Assembly: GCF_006345805.1 (NCBI RefSeq)
Contig: NC_042998.1
Coordinates: forward strand, 163,246,001 to 163,310,000
DNA from: Octopus sinensis
Taxonomy: Eukaryota
Reading direction: 5' to 3'
Length of the DNA: 64,000 bases
Shown here: positions 51,081-63,671 of the stretch, piece after piece
Position numbering within the stretch: position 1 is the stretch's first letter
Layout of the letters: every line of letters starts with the position of its first letter
The notes under the pieces: model-generated
What the model saw: the letters and a program-made list of their open reading frames with translations, nothing else
The model's database searches: none
Told to the model about the DNA's origin: nothing
Translations under genes and position numbers: made by a program

Positions 51081-51450
51081 GAACTTCTTCATATTTCTCT
51101 TGGATTTCCTTGACCTCTTGAAATCTTGCTCCTTTAAAGATAGATTTGATTTTCACCTTGATTTCAGGGTCATTGCCATAGATCCATGATTCATCACCTG
51201 TTATGACCATTTTCAAAAGTTTTCATCTTAGTCAAGGAGATCCTGCACAGCTGAGACCTGATCTCCTTTTTGAGATGACCGTGCTCTGCACACTTTAACT
51301 CCAAGCACTGCTATTAACAACACAAGTGAGAACATTATAACCTAGCATGACAGAGTTCAAGATCAATCTGTGCCAAGTGGCTTCAATCTGTGTTCTTTAA
51401 CTCTGTTATTATAGCAACAGTCCTGATACTCTTTGATCAGACCTCATTTG
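51080..51450 (-). mobile_element. mariner (DD34D-type) left part with its own TIR
   Basis: LKMVITGDESWIYGNDPEIK then KIKSIFKGARFQEVKEIQE; TIR-like tgaggtctgatcaaagagtatcaggac, unrelated to the maT TIR. Confidence 0.8.
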
Positions 51451-51609
51451 TAGGTTCTTGACTTCAAATTCAAATTTTCGATGCCATCAAATATCGGACA
51501 AAATTATTATCTCCTTGAATTAACAGTCTACTAGGGGACACCACATAATTACTAAAAATATAATTTTTTTTCACAATTGTTGAACAATAAGGAACAGTAA
51601 TTGTTGAAC

Positions 51610-51665
51610 AGGCACAGGAGTGGTCGCAGTCAAATGACTGAAACAAGTAAAAGAGTAAAAGAGTA
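51610..51665 (+). mobile_element. SINE family 1 reduced to head fused to tail (~55 bp)
   Basis: ggcacaggagtgg directly followed by cgcagtcaaatgactgaaacaagtaaaagagtaaaagag. Confidence 0.7.
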
Positions 51666-51679
51666 GCATCATAACTTAC

Positions 51680-51719
51680 CGGTCTTCAATGGGTTGATTA
51701 TTAGGAAGTGTCTGTGCAA
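51680..51719 (-). other. Candidate 40-nt exon
   Basis: ggtatttttcctgtatccag|exon|CCG-gtaagt; reads LHRHFLIINPLKT or AQTLPNNQPIED. Confidence 0.3.
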
Positions 51720-52074
51720 CTGGATACAGGAAAAATACCACTATGAATTTCATAAAAAATGCATTTTGTCATTGTTTTGCAGATCTTTATATCCTTTACC
51801 CATATATGCAATATATATATAGAGAGAGAGATACACATACATTCATATACATACACACACAAGCACATACACTCATACAAACACACACATATATCATGAC
51901 GGCAAGCTAGTTGAAATTTTGAAGTTACTTGCAGCCTTTTCTTTGTAAAATTAATAAATATGCACACTGATACAAAAGTGTTGAGTAATATTTCAGTTTA
52001 CTGTTAAATTGTTTTTATCTACAACTTAATATAAAAAGAAAAACATAGATTGATTGAAAAATAGATAGGTAAAT

Positions 52075-52077
<3 letters not shown>

Positions 52078-52164
<87 letters not shown>

Positions 52165-52165
52165 G
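52078..52165. repeat. (GATA)n microsatellite
   Basis: Direct reading. Confidence 0.97.
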
Positions 52166-52778
52166 TAAAAACTGTTAAAAGAAAATGCTTTCAGTTTATG
52201 AACTGTTTATCACAAAACAAGCATAGACATATTTTGATATAACACACGGAAGCTTATTTATCTATCTATTACTGAAACCTATGATATTTCCAAATCTAGC
52301 TATTGAAGTTAGGTGCAAAGGGAAGCTATAACTTTACAACCGTTGTCATATTTACTATAAGCCAATAAAGCATTTTTGACAAATTGCTTGGCCGTATTTT
52401 AACACTAACTCTGATTTGTTTTTATAATGCTGACAACTGGTTCAGATGACAAATGCTTTTGTTTCATTTATATTCTCTTTGCCAAATTCAGTCTATATTT
52501 ATAACATTGTTCTTGTACTATTTTATATGATGTGAAGTTGGTAGTAGTTCTGATTGTATTTCAATTGAACTAGAATTGCCACCTGATTAAACTGGTTGCA
52601 ATTGAAAGCTATCCATCACAGAAATATGGTTTGCAAAGATGATGCAGTGCTAGTGAACATATCAAGGGTTTTCTCTTGTCAGAGAAAAATGTGTGTGATT
52701 CTGAAAGTAATGTTATTTAAGTAATGGTTTATTTCAAGCAGATTGTTGTCAATAATAATAATAATAATGATGATGATA

Positions 52779-52837
<59 letters not shown>

Positions 52838-53035
52838 GTTTCAAATTTTGGCATAGCACTTGAAATTCAGGGGAGAAGTCCAGTAAATTTCATTGACCCC
52901 AGTGCTCAACTGATATTCATTTTGTCAACCCTAAAGGAATGAAAGGTAAGGTTGACCTCAGCAGTATTTGAACTCATAATGTCTCTAAGCATTTTAACTA
53001 AAGTGCTAATGATACTGCTAGTGCGGCACCTTAAT
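52838..53035 (-). mobile_element. SINE family 2 with (ATT)n tail at 52752-52835
   Basis: Reverse-complement consensus. Confidence 0.75.
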
Positions 53036-53385
53036 AATAGCAAGAGCACTCAGAGAGCACAAACCTCTGTCAAGGCAACACCAACATCCTCTCAATGATT
53101 AGCCAGACATGATTTTTAAAATGAGAATATCTGAAATAAACTCGACTGCTCTCACAAACGAGAATAGTAAAAATGAACCTGACTGCTCTCAAAAATGAAG
53201 TAAAAACACAGGAAAAATAATCCAGAATCCTTGTCCGGTACCAGATTGATCCCAAAATCTTATCAGTTTGTGCCAGTTATGAGGCCAAACATCCCTGAAA
53301 GTTTCATTCGAATCCATTCTGTGGTTCTTGAGATATCCTGTCCATGGATAAACAATACCTCTGCCTTCGCTAAGGTGGAGGTAAT
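53036..53385 (+). mobile_element. Non-autonomous Helentron/HINE-like element
   Basis: 5' subterminal aacctctgtcaagg; 3' hairpin acctctgcc-ttcgctaa-ggtggaggt; core gtttcattcgaatcc...ttcttgagatatc; A/T-run termini. Confidence 0.6.
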
Positions 53386-53387
53386 AA

Positions 53388-53607
53388 CAGTTTCAAATTT
53401 TGACTCATGGCCAGCAATTTCAGATGAAAGAGTAAGTTGATTTCATCAACCTCGGTACTCAACTGGTACTTAATTTATCAACCCTGAAAGGATGAAAGGG
53501 AAAGTCGACAGAAAATCGGCGGAATTTGAACTCAGAATGTAAAGACAGATGAAATACCGCTAAGCATTTCACCTGGAGTGCTAACGTTTCTGCCAGCTCG
53601 CCACCTT
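53388..53607 (-). mobile_element. SINE family 2, full length
   Basis: Reverse-complement consensus, ending ctgccagctcgccacctt. Confidence 0.85.
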
Positions 53608-53649
53608 ATTGAAAGAAATTATTAAAATCTAAAAAAGTAGAATAGATAT

Positions 53650-55063
53650 ACATGCATATGTACATACATACATACATACATGTATACATACATACATACA
53701 TACATACATACATACATACATACATACATACATACATACATACATACATACATACATACATACATACATGCATACATACATACATACAATGGTGCCTCGT
53801 ATCTTTGTTGGAAACTAGCTTCCTCCACGGTGGAAGATTTATAATAATTAAAAAATAGTAGAGATGCATACATAATGAGTTAAAAATATATAATAAATGC
53901 ATAAACAAATGGGAAACTGACAGAGATGGTCACCAACTCCACATCAGTTATCGGCTCTTGGGTGAATCGCATTTTCGCACCTAAATATACATTGGAACAA
54001 CAGGATTTATATCAGCCCATCTGGAGCAAAGTATGGCTGAACTTGGGATCTTGGGAAGAGAATGCAAATCCTTAATTCATACACTACAAATGCTCACAAT
54101 ATCTAAGACTAAAAAAGTCTGCAAGATCTTTTTTAAGATTTAACGATAAAAGCAGATACTTTCCTTCATAACCTAGCTATCAAGTAGGTGGCCAGTCAAA
54201 ATTCACTTTAAGATTAAAAAGAGAAGAATGAATGAATGAACACACATACACACACATGCATGCATGCATGTACACATGCGTGCCTGCACACACACCTATA
54301 TACATACATACACACATACACACACACATACATACACACATACATACATACATACATACCATACATACATACATACATACATACAACATACATACATACA
54401 TACATACATACATACATACATACATACATACATACATACATACATACATACTACATACATACATGCATACATACATACATACAATGGTGCCTCGTATCTT
54501 TGTTGGAAACTAGCTTCCTCCACGGTGGAAGATTTATAATAATTAAAAAATAGTAGAGATGCATACATAATGAGTTAAAAATATATAATAAATGCATAAA
54601 CAAATGGGAAACTGACAGAGATGGTCACCAACTCCACATCAGTTATCGGCTCTTGGGTGAATCGCATTTTCGCACCTAAATATACATTGGAACAACAGGA
54701 TTTATATCAGCCCATCTGGAGCAAAGTATGGCTGAACTTGGGATCTTGGGAAGAGAATGCAAATCCTTAATTCATACACTACAAATGCTCACAATATCTA
54801 AGACTAAAAAAGTCTGCAAGATCTTTTTTAAGATTTAACGATAAAAGCAGATACTTTCCTTCATAACCTAGCTATCAAGTAGGTGGCCAGTCAAAATTCA
54901 CTTTAAGATTAAAAAGAGAAGAATGAATGAATGAACACACATACACACACATGCATGCATGCATGTACACATGCGTGCCTGCACACACACCTATATACAT
55001 ACATACACACATACACACACACATACATACACACATACATACATACATACATACATACATACA

Positions 55064-55094
<31 letters not shown>

Positions 55095-55120
55095 GTACGT
55101 ACATACATACATACATATGT
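53650..55120. repeat. Tandem duplication, 695-bp period, bounded by (ATAC)n
   Basis: caatggtgcctcg at 53787 and 54482; unique portions read as identical. Confidence 0.96.
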
Positions 55121-55479
55121 AAAGTAAAGCACTAGGTAAATGTTATGGGAAAAGAAAGTTTGAATGGGAGGAAGAAAAATAGATAAGTGATGAGAGTGAG
55201 GAAAAGAGAGAAAAGGAAGGAGACAGAGAAAGTGTGTTTGTGTGTTTATGGATGAGTGTGTGAGAGAAGGAGAAGTAAAAGAATAATTTGAAACAGGTGT
55301 GAAGTAAAAAAACAAAAAGGATCTGTGCATGTGTTGTAATATGAGTGTGAGGGGAGAGTAAATGGCATGAGATAGGGAGAAGATAGAGTGTGTGTGTGTA
55401 GGTATAAGAAGGATAGCAAGGGAGTTATATACAGAGAAATTACTAGGTGGACAGGAAGAGATATTGATACATTAATACA

Positions 55480-55767
55480 TACATATGTATGTATATATGT
55501 GCGAATATGTGTGTGTGAGAGAGAGTGTGTGTGTTTCTCTGTGTGTGCGTGTGTGAGTGCGTACATGTGTATGTGTGTGCGAGTGTATGTGCGTATGTGT
55601 GAGTGTATGTGCGTATGTGAGTGTATGTGTATATGTGTGCATGTGTGCGTCAGTGTGTATATATATGTGTGTGTGTGTGTATGTGTCAGTGTGTGAATAT
55701 ATGTGCATGTATGTCTGTGTGTATATATGTGTATGTGTATATGTGTGTGTGAGAGTGTGTATGCATG

Positions 55768-55847
<80 letters not shown>
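55480..55847. repeat. Degenerate (TG)n/(TA)n tract
   Basis: Direct reading. Confidence 0.92.
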
Positions 55848-55848
<1 letters not shown>

Positions 55849-57204
55849 CAAAGTAGTAAAAGCAATATCCAAGTAAATAAAGATCTGAAGATTTTAAAGA
55901 TTTTTCGAACTGAAAACTCCAGGAACCAATTAGCTTTTGGTGGTGATCTAAAGGTCGCAGTTTTCAAGATAAAAAAAAAACCTCCAGCATCCTTTACTTG
56001 TGGAATCAAAAATAAACAAATACATTAATACACAGATAAATACCTAACTAAATATATATATATACACAAGCAAATATATAAATAAATATCTTTGTTACAA
56101 CACAGCAGTTTTCGGTGGATTATTTTGATATTTAAAGTATATGATTTACTCTTTACATACATTAGTTTAGGTCTAGGCCTGAGTGTTCTCATTGTCATGG
56201 CCATCATCATCATTATTAACTCCTTTTTTCTGTTTCCCTGTATTTTTGTTTTACATGCTAGCATGGTTTAGTTGGTTTATTTGTTTGTTTGTTGGTTCGT
56301 TGTTTGTTTGGTTGGTTGTTTGGTTGGTTCGGATGAATGGTTAGTTCATTGGATGGATGGATGGATGGATGGATGGATGTGCCGAATGGGGCATCCTTAT
56401 TTTCTTGTCAACCACTTTCTGTTATTAATTTCTGTGTTTGTTTGCTGTTGTGCAAATTAAAAAGTGCTGAGGTGGGAGGCAGTCAGATGACATATGTAGT
56501 TATTAGTAGGAAACAACCTACTCCCATTTTAGTTCTAATATAGTTTGTTATGAGGTACAGAGCGTATTTTTTAAAGGATGAAATAATTTAGTACACTCAC
56601 GCATCACCTTTTTTGTATCTTGTGTTGTGCTTGTGAATGTACTTAAAAGTAACTATATATATTTATATGCATATATATATATAAATCTCAAGTAATGAGG
56701 ATCGCAGTGATCAACTCATTTAACTCTAGGGGAATACCAGCAATATTTTCAATCTATCAACTAGTGAATAGATCAAGCAATGCAATATTATCTAATTAAA
56801 TGATATCAAAAATTCTGTAAATTTGATGTATTTAGAAATACCTGCTGTACATGTCACATGGTGTAAATATAATAAAAGAATACAAATAGAGTGTAATTTT
56901 CGTTTTAATTATGCTACATATGTTTCAATAGCATGGCTTTTTATTTGTTCATAATGTATTACATATTATGAGATTACATTATATGGATTACCTAAACAAA
57001 CCATTTCTCCATGAATTTTGAATAGTTGGTAGTTCAAATGTCAGTTAAATTGTATGCCATTTTTAAGTGTCAAATGTTCAAAATGCATGAAAGGATGGTT
57101 TGTTTCTGTAATTTATACTATGTAATACATTGTGAACAAGTAAAAAGTCATGCTATCAAAATGTAAGTAGCATAATTTGAACAAAAACTACACTTCATTC
57201 ATAT

Positions 57205-57250
<46 letters not shown>

Positions 57251-57258
57251 ATGCTCAC

Positions 57259-57282
57259 CAGTGGTTGTTCATGGTACATCCA
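57259..57282 (-). other. Candidate 24-nt exon (WMYHEQPL)
   Basis: ttccattgtctgtag|exon|CTG-gtgagc. Confidence 0.2.
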
Positions 57283-57934
57283 CTACAGACAATGGAATTC
57301 ATGCAATAATTGGAGGCAATTCCACATTGGTTTTTTCAGGGAAACACTTTATTACATTATGTTGATAAGAATCACAGTATCATGCCTTACAACAGTGTAT
57401 ATATATATATATATTAAGTATGATACATCGATAGCTATTTTAATGTTGCTTCAATTGCATAGACCAAGCTTTTATTCAGCTCAGTAGGTCTTCCACAATA
57501 TCAGTGAATGTAATATTGACTGTTTCCTATTTACAGGAGAGACTGGTTTTGTCTAGGTATATGACTTGTGAGTATGCCTAGTTGACAAGGCCCAAGAAGG
57601 CTGAAATGGCTATTTGATTAGAGGGATACATTTGCTGATGTCTAACATGTAAAATAATAACTATAATTTGAAGAAAAGAATTACATCAGGCCTAAAATGA
57701 AACTTCTGATGGATGAAACATATGGAATAACATGAAAGGACAGGGTATACGTATTTTTGGGACACCATTCATATTTTTGGGACAGCATTCAACACAGAGA
57801 ATTAAAATCAAATGGGGCAAGGAATAGAACCCTCACAATATCAGTAAATTAAAATTAAATTAGATATTTGCAGGGCCTGCAAGTGATTCTGATCTTTGGT
57901 GACTATGATGTAAATTTACCTTTGTTTCAGACTT

Positions 57935-58036
57935 ATTAGAATATAAAAATAAGAAATAATGGGAAATTTTACCGGTAAGTGTGTTAAATTATAAGGCACA
58001 AAAAGAAAATGACTCTCCCCAGACACAACAGAATAT
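57935..58036. mobile_element. Single arm of the 3098-3380 MITE family
   Basis: aaaataagaaata...ttaccggtaagtgtgtt...ctctccccagacacaacagaatat. Confidence 0.85.
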
Positions 58037-58044
58037 TATATTAG

Positions 58045-58495
58045 CACACTTCACAAAATGCTCAGAGACATTTTCTCCATCTTTACATTCTAAGTTTTGA
58101 AATACCACCAAGGTCGACTTTGTCTTTCATCTGCCTTACATCAATATAATAAGTACCAGCTGAATACTGGGGTTGATCAAATTAACCCACCCTCTCCCCA
58201 AATTTAAGGATTTGTGCCTATAGTGAAAGAATTATTATTATTAATTGTTAGCAAACCAGGCAAAACTTTTAGCAGCATTTCATTTGTCTTTACATTCTGA
58301 GTTCAAATTCCACTGAGGTCAGCCTTGCCTTTCATCCTTTCAGGGTCAATAAATTAAGCACCAGTCAAGAATCAGAGTCAATGTGATTGAAAACTCCCTT
58401 CCCACTAATTCCAGGCCTTGTGCCTACAGTAGAAAGGATTATTATTATTATTATTATTACTATTATTATTATTATTATTATTATATTATTATTAT
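58045..58495 (+). mobile_element. Two SINE family 2 copies and (ATT)n tail
   Basis: Consensus body twice; agaaaggattattatt tail. Confidence 0.75.
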
Positions 58496-58539
58496 TAAAA
58501 AATCAAAAAAATCAAAAAATCAAAATCAAATCAGATATC

Positions 58540-59097
58540 AGAAAGCAGAACCAAAATCGAAGTCGATCAACATCAATGGAAATAGCAGCTATGATACCAG
58601 TGCCGGTGACAAGTAAGCGAACCATCCGATCGTGGCCGTTGCCAGCGCCGCCCCGACTGGCTTCCGTGCCGGTGGCACGTAAAAAGCACCATCCTTTCAT
58701 GACCGTTGCCAGCCTCGCCTGGCCCCCATGCCGGTGGCACGTAGCACCATCTTTTCGTGGCCGTTGCCAGCCTCGCCTGGCCCCCGTGCCGGTGGCACAT
58801 AAAAGCACCATCCGATCTTGGCCGTTGCCAGCCTCGCCTGGCCCCCGTGCCGGTGGCACGTAAAAAGCACCTTCCGTCCGTGGCCATTTGCCAGCTCCGT
58901 CTGGCACCTGTGCGGGTGGCACACAAAAAGCACCCACTACACTCACAGAGTGGTTGGCGTGAGGAAGGACATCCAGCCGTAGAAACACTGCCAGATCAGA
59001 CTGGGCATGATGCAGCCTTCTGGCTTCACAGACCCCGGTCGAACCATCCAACCCATGCTAGCATGGAAAGCGGACGCTAAATGATGATGATGATGAT
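58540..59097 (+). mobile_element. RTE 3'-UTR-only copy with 6 minisatellite motifs
   Basis: Matches 42540-42968 with extra units. Confidence 0.93.
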
Positions 59098-59409
59098 TAT
59101 TTAGCGCACCACTCTAAATATGGTAGTCTGATCTTAACCAAGAATAAATATATATTATCATTTGATTTAATGTTGAATTATACTAAAAACAATTTAACAA
59201 TAAACTGAAGAATTATGCAATACCTTTTCCTAGAGTACATATTTACTAAACTTTTAAGAGAAAACTGTTGACAGTAACTACGAAGTTTTGGCCTACATAC
59301 ATATATGTATGATTGCATATGTATGCACATGTTGCTCTCATTCACTTTCACTCACTCTTTATTCTTACTCCTTCTCTCTTTCTATTCATATAAATTATGT
59401 GTGCATATA

Positions 59410-59411
59410 TC

Positions 59412-59483
<72 letters not shown>

Positions 59484-59515
59484 GATATTTTATATATATC
59501 ATATTTTACACACAC

Positions 59516-59546
<31 letters not shown>

Positions 59547-59558
59547 GTATAATATTTT

Positions 59559-59602
<44 letters not shown>

Positions 59603-59617
59603 ATTTTATATATATCA

Positions 59618-59669
<52 letters not shown>

Positions 59670-59681
59670 GTATAATATTTT

Positions 59682-59716
<35 letters not shown>

Positions 59717-59980
59717 GATATTTTATATATATCATATTTTACACACACACACACAAAATGTTTCAGGTATAACAATGAAAATAAGATGACAAATAGAAAA
59801 GCTAAACTTTTTGCCGCCTTCAACCAATCAACAAAAACAACAAAAAACAAGTTTACTACGTATATATGCATACATACATATATACATGCAAATATATATA
59901 CACACACACATGCAAACAATGCTCACACACACCACACACACACACACATATATATATGTATAATATTTTTATATATATCA

Positions 59981-60053
<73 letters not shown>

Positions 60054-60265
60054 CTCACACACACACAAAATGTTTCAGGTATAACAATGAAAATAAGATG
60101 ACAAATAGAAAAGCTAAACTTTTTGCCGCCTTCAACCAATCAACAAAAACAAAAAACAAGAACTTACTAGTTATATGCTATACATATATGCATACTATAT
60201 ATACATGCAAATATATATACACACACACATGCAAACAATGCTCACACACACACACAGATAGATAG

Positions 60266-60341
<76 letters not shown>

Positions 60342-60360
60342 GGATAGATATATAGATAGG
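59410..60360. repeat. Compound minisatellite plus 312-bp tandem duplication and (GATA)n
   Basis: atatgatattttatatatatcatattttacacac repeated 3-4 times; aaaatgtttcagg block at 59755 and 60067. Confidence 0.92.
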
Positions 60361-60910
60361 TAGGTGCATATGCATGAGTATATATATATGCATATATATA
60401 TATATTCACACATATATGTTTGCCTATATATATGTATATATGTTTGTCTATATGTGTGCCTGTGTGTGTGAGCATGCATGTGTGCATTTGTGTGTATTTG
60501 TCATGTATGTATGTATATATGTATGTATGTACGTATGTATGAATGTATGTAGGTAGGTAGGTATGTAGGGAGGTAGGTAGGTATGTATCAATCCACCTTC
60601 TACTTTCTTCCACCCACTCATTCACAAAACTTTTTAAATGACTGTAAATCTCAAGCCGCCTCCAAAAAAACTAACTCAAGCTTCTTACCAAGATGCCCAC
60701 ATTCAATTTGATCTTTGATTACTCTTTGACCTTTATGTGTGTTTTAATTTTTGCTTTTTTGTTTATTTTAATAACCATACAAATAAAAGAAAAGAAGAAA
60801 TATGATGACCATAATGATGCCAAACACACATTTCTATGAAACTTATTTTCTAAGTATTTAACTAAAAGTCATTCTCACTCTTTTCCTCTCCCTATTTCTA
60901 TGTCTGCATG

Positions 60911-60951
<41 letters not shown>

Positions 60952-61211
60952 CTCCCTCTCTATATATCTCTCTCTCTTTCATATTATATCCATACATATA
61001 CATGCATGCACACACATGCATACATGCAGAAACCCACATGCACACACACACACACACACACACACACTCATGTATATGTTCATTGCCTTGTGTCCGCAAA
61101 GGGAGACAGAGAGAAGAATCAATGCTCCTACTTTATTGGTACTTTATTTATCGACCCTGAAAGAATAAAAGGCATATTTGGCCTCAGCAGAATTTGAAGT
61201 GAGTGCCTAGA

Positions 61212-61365
61212 TCATTACCATCAGCATCATCATCATTTAAGGTCTGCTTTTCATGCTGGCATGGGTTGGACGGTTTGACAGAAAACTAGTAAGCCAGAGA
61301 CCTGCACCAGGTTCCAATCTGATTTGGCATGGTTTAGCCTTTCTAACATCAACCACTCCAAAACA
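61212..61365 (-). mobile_element. RTE 3' tail, degenerate
   Basis: catcatcatcatttaaggtctgcttttcatgctggcatgggttgg. Confidence 0.7.
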
Positions 61366-61434
61366 AAAAGCAGAAAACATTCAGTTAGATGCTCTAATAA
61401 CTCAACTAATTCACTGCCTCATGATGTAGTAATC

Positions 61435-61462
61435 TACATACATACATACATACATACATACA

Positions 61463-61493
<31 letters not shown>

Positions 61494-61518
61494 TTACATA
61501 CATAAATACATACATACA

Positions 61519-61572
<54 letters not shown>

Positions 61573-61590
61573 CATACATACATACATATA

Positions 61591-61626
<36 letters not shown>

Positions 61627-61630
61627 TATA
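61435..61630. repeat. (ATAC)n microsatellite
   Basis: Direct reading. Confidence 0.97.
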
Positions 61631-61632
61631 TC

Positions 61633-61890
61633 TATATTAGAAAAAATAGGATACTCTGAAACCTGGATGGTTGTACATTTACAGATTTTTATTAATATGT
61701 CACATGTTTTTATAAATCATATATTAGCACTTGCATCTACTCTAGTAGATTCTTCAGATTTGAATTCAAATCTGAAACTAGAGAAGATGCAAGTGCTAAT
61801 ATATCATTTATAAAAATATGTGACGTATTAATAAAAATCTGTAAATGTACAACCATCCAGGTTTCAGAGTACCTTATTTTTTCTAATATA
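61633..61890. mobile_element. Foldback MITE centred on GAATTC
   Basis: Arms of about 125 bp, TA-flanked; centre cagatttgaattcaaatctg. Confidence 0.88.
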
Positions 61891-61937
61891 TAATACCTGT
61901 ACATCACCTCCAATCCTTCTAATATGTGTGTGTTTGT

Positions 61938-62250
61938 GAGAAGCATGGTTTCATGGTTAGTGAGATGCATGGTCAACTCATGATCATAAAGTTTTGAGTT
62001 TGATTTCCAATGCCACAATGTGTCCTTGAGCAAAACACTTTATCCCACATTGCTCCAGTCCACTCATCTGGTAAAAATGAGTAGTAGTTGTAATTCAAAG
62101 AACCAGCCTTGTCACATCCTGTGTCATGCTGAATCTCCTTGAGAACTATATTAAGAGTACACATGTCCATGAAGTGTACATTAATTTCACGAGCTGGTTG
62201 TTCCATTCATTGGATCAAGTGGAACCCTTGTTCTAATCGACAGAGTGCCG
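61938..62250 (+). mobile_element. SINE family 3, diverged
   Basis: gtgtccttgagcaaaacac body; 3' part matches 44853-45035. Confidence 0.75.
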
Positions 62251-62505
62251 TGTATATAATGCAGGTAGTTAGGGTAAATCCCAGCTGTTTCCTCTTGAAG
62301 TACATCTGCTTATTCCATTATTACTTATTCCATTGTTATTTAATTTCTCAGTCTGAAAAATTTCTAATAGGGAATTCCTTACATGTCTAACGTGTAAAAT
62401 TTTCTAATTCCTATTAGAATATAAAACATGTGTAATGGTGAATAAATAATACACAAAAATTTCCATTTATATATTTACGTGTGTGTATGTGTATATATAT
62501 GTATA

Positions 62506-62538
<33 letters not shown>

Positions 62539-63671
62539 GCATATATATGTGTGCGTGTTTGTGTATGTATGTATATATATATATATATATATCATTGAGT
62601 TAGAAAACAGAGAGATCTAATACATACAAACTAATTTATTAATTAATGAACATATTCACCTGCAATTGTTTCATTCTACAAACAAAATTAAAATTACAAA
62701 ACATATATATATTTATATATATATATATTTATATATACATTTTTATGTAAATAAGGATAAGATTGTTATTTAAATACCGATCTTTTCAGCACTGCCTCAT
62801 ATATAATTGTTAATTAAATCAAAGCTGAATCTACATGTTCCACTACTCCAGTGGCATAGCTAGAATGTGTGCTGTCTGGAGCAGCCCCTGAGTTGGCCAC
62901 CCCTTGGTCCACTACAATCTAACATAGGTTTTAACACCAGCCCCAAAAGTGTCACTTCCATAAAAGTATTGTCTAAAGAGAGAATGGCCTCCTCTTGCCC
63001 CTCAGATACATTACAGCACTATTCAGATGTTTCTTCATTTCTAGTCTTCTAGTAATTGGTCCTTTTTCTTTTAGCCTATTCCATATACCTCACAGATGAC
63101 CCACATCTAGAGGCACAGGAAAATAACTTGGCAAGAAAAATACAAGTTATACACATATGGGGGAAGTAGTAAAAAACAATATTAAAATGATCAAATTTTT
63201 GTAAAGAGTTGCATTAAATTCAGTCAAGTTGTGTTGAAGTTAAGGTAATATTATTGTAGGATTATTGTTTTAACCTTGTGACCTTAAATATGCTGATAAA
63301 TTTTGCTGAATGGAATCCTCTGGATGATGGTAAAACAGCACATGCTGGCTTTTTTTCATTTTCTTTCTTTGTGTGTGTGTATGTGTGTGTGTGTGTGTAT
63401 GTGTGTGTGTGTGTGTGTGTGTGTATGTTGTGTGTGTGTGTGTGTGTATGTGTGTGTGTGTGTTAAGTAATATTATGAATGTAATATTTGTTAAGGATTC
63501 TGCTGATGAGAAGGTGTGTAGTGTTTTTGTATTTCATGACTCATTGATTCGTGTGTGTGTAAGTGTGTAATAATACTTATACAATACAGTACTATAAATC
63601 CATTTCAGCCAATTTTACCAATTGATTTTGTATATGAGAGTTTGGAAAAAACCACAAACCCTGGCACTTAC

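Noticed and set aside
51680-51719. GPCR-like motif (LHRHFLIINPLK resembling DRYxAIxxPL)
   Set aside because: The DRY motif is absent, there are no flanking transmembrane exons, and 13 residues is too short to be meaningful.
57537-57570. Plus-strand 31-nt exon candidate (ERLVLSRYMT)
   Set aside because: Isolated splice-like signals; no partner exons or homology.
58590-58940. CRISPR-like look of the repeat array (conserved motif with variable intervening sequence)
   Set aside because: The intervening parts are homologous to each other, the array is the 3' UTR of a eukaryotic RTE LINE, and there are no cas genes.
62850-63030. hAT-like element starting cagtggcatagctag
   Set aside because: The right TIR is too degraded and no TSD was found.
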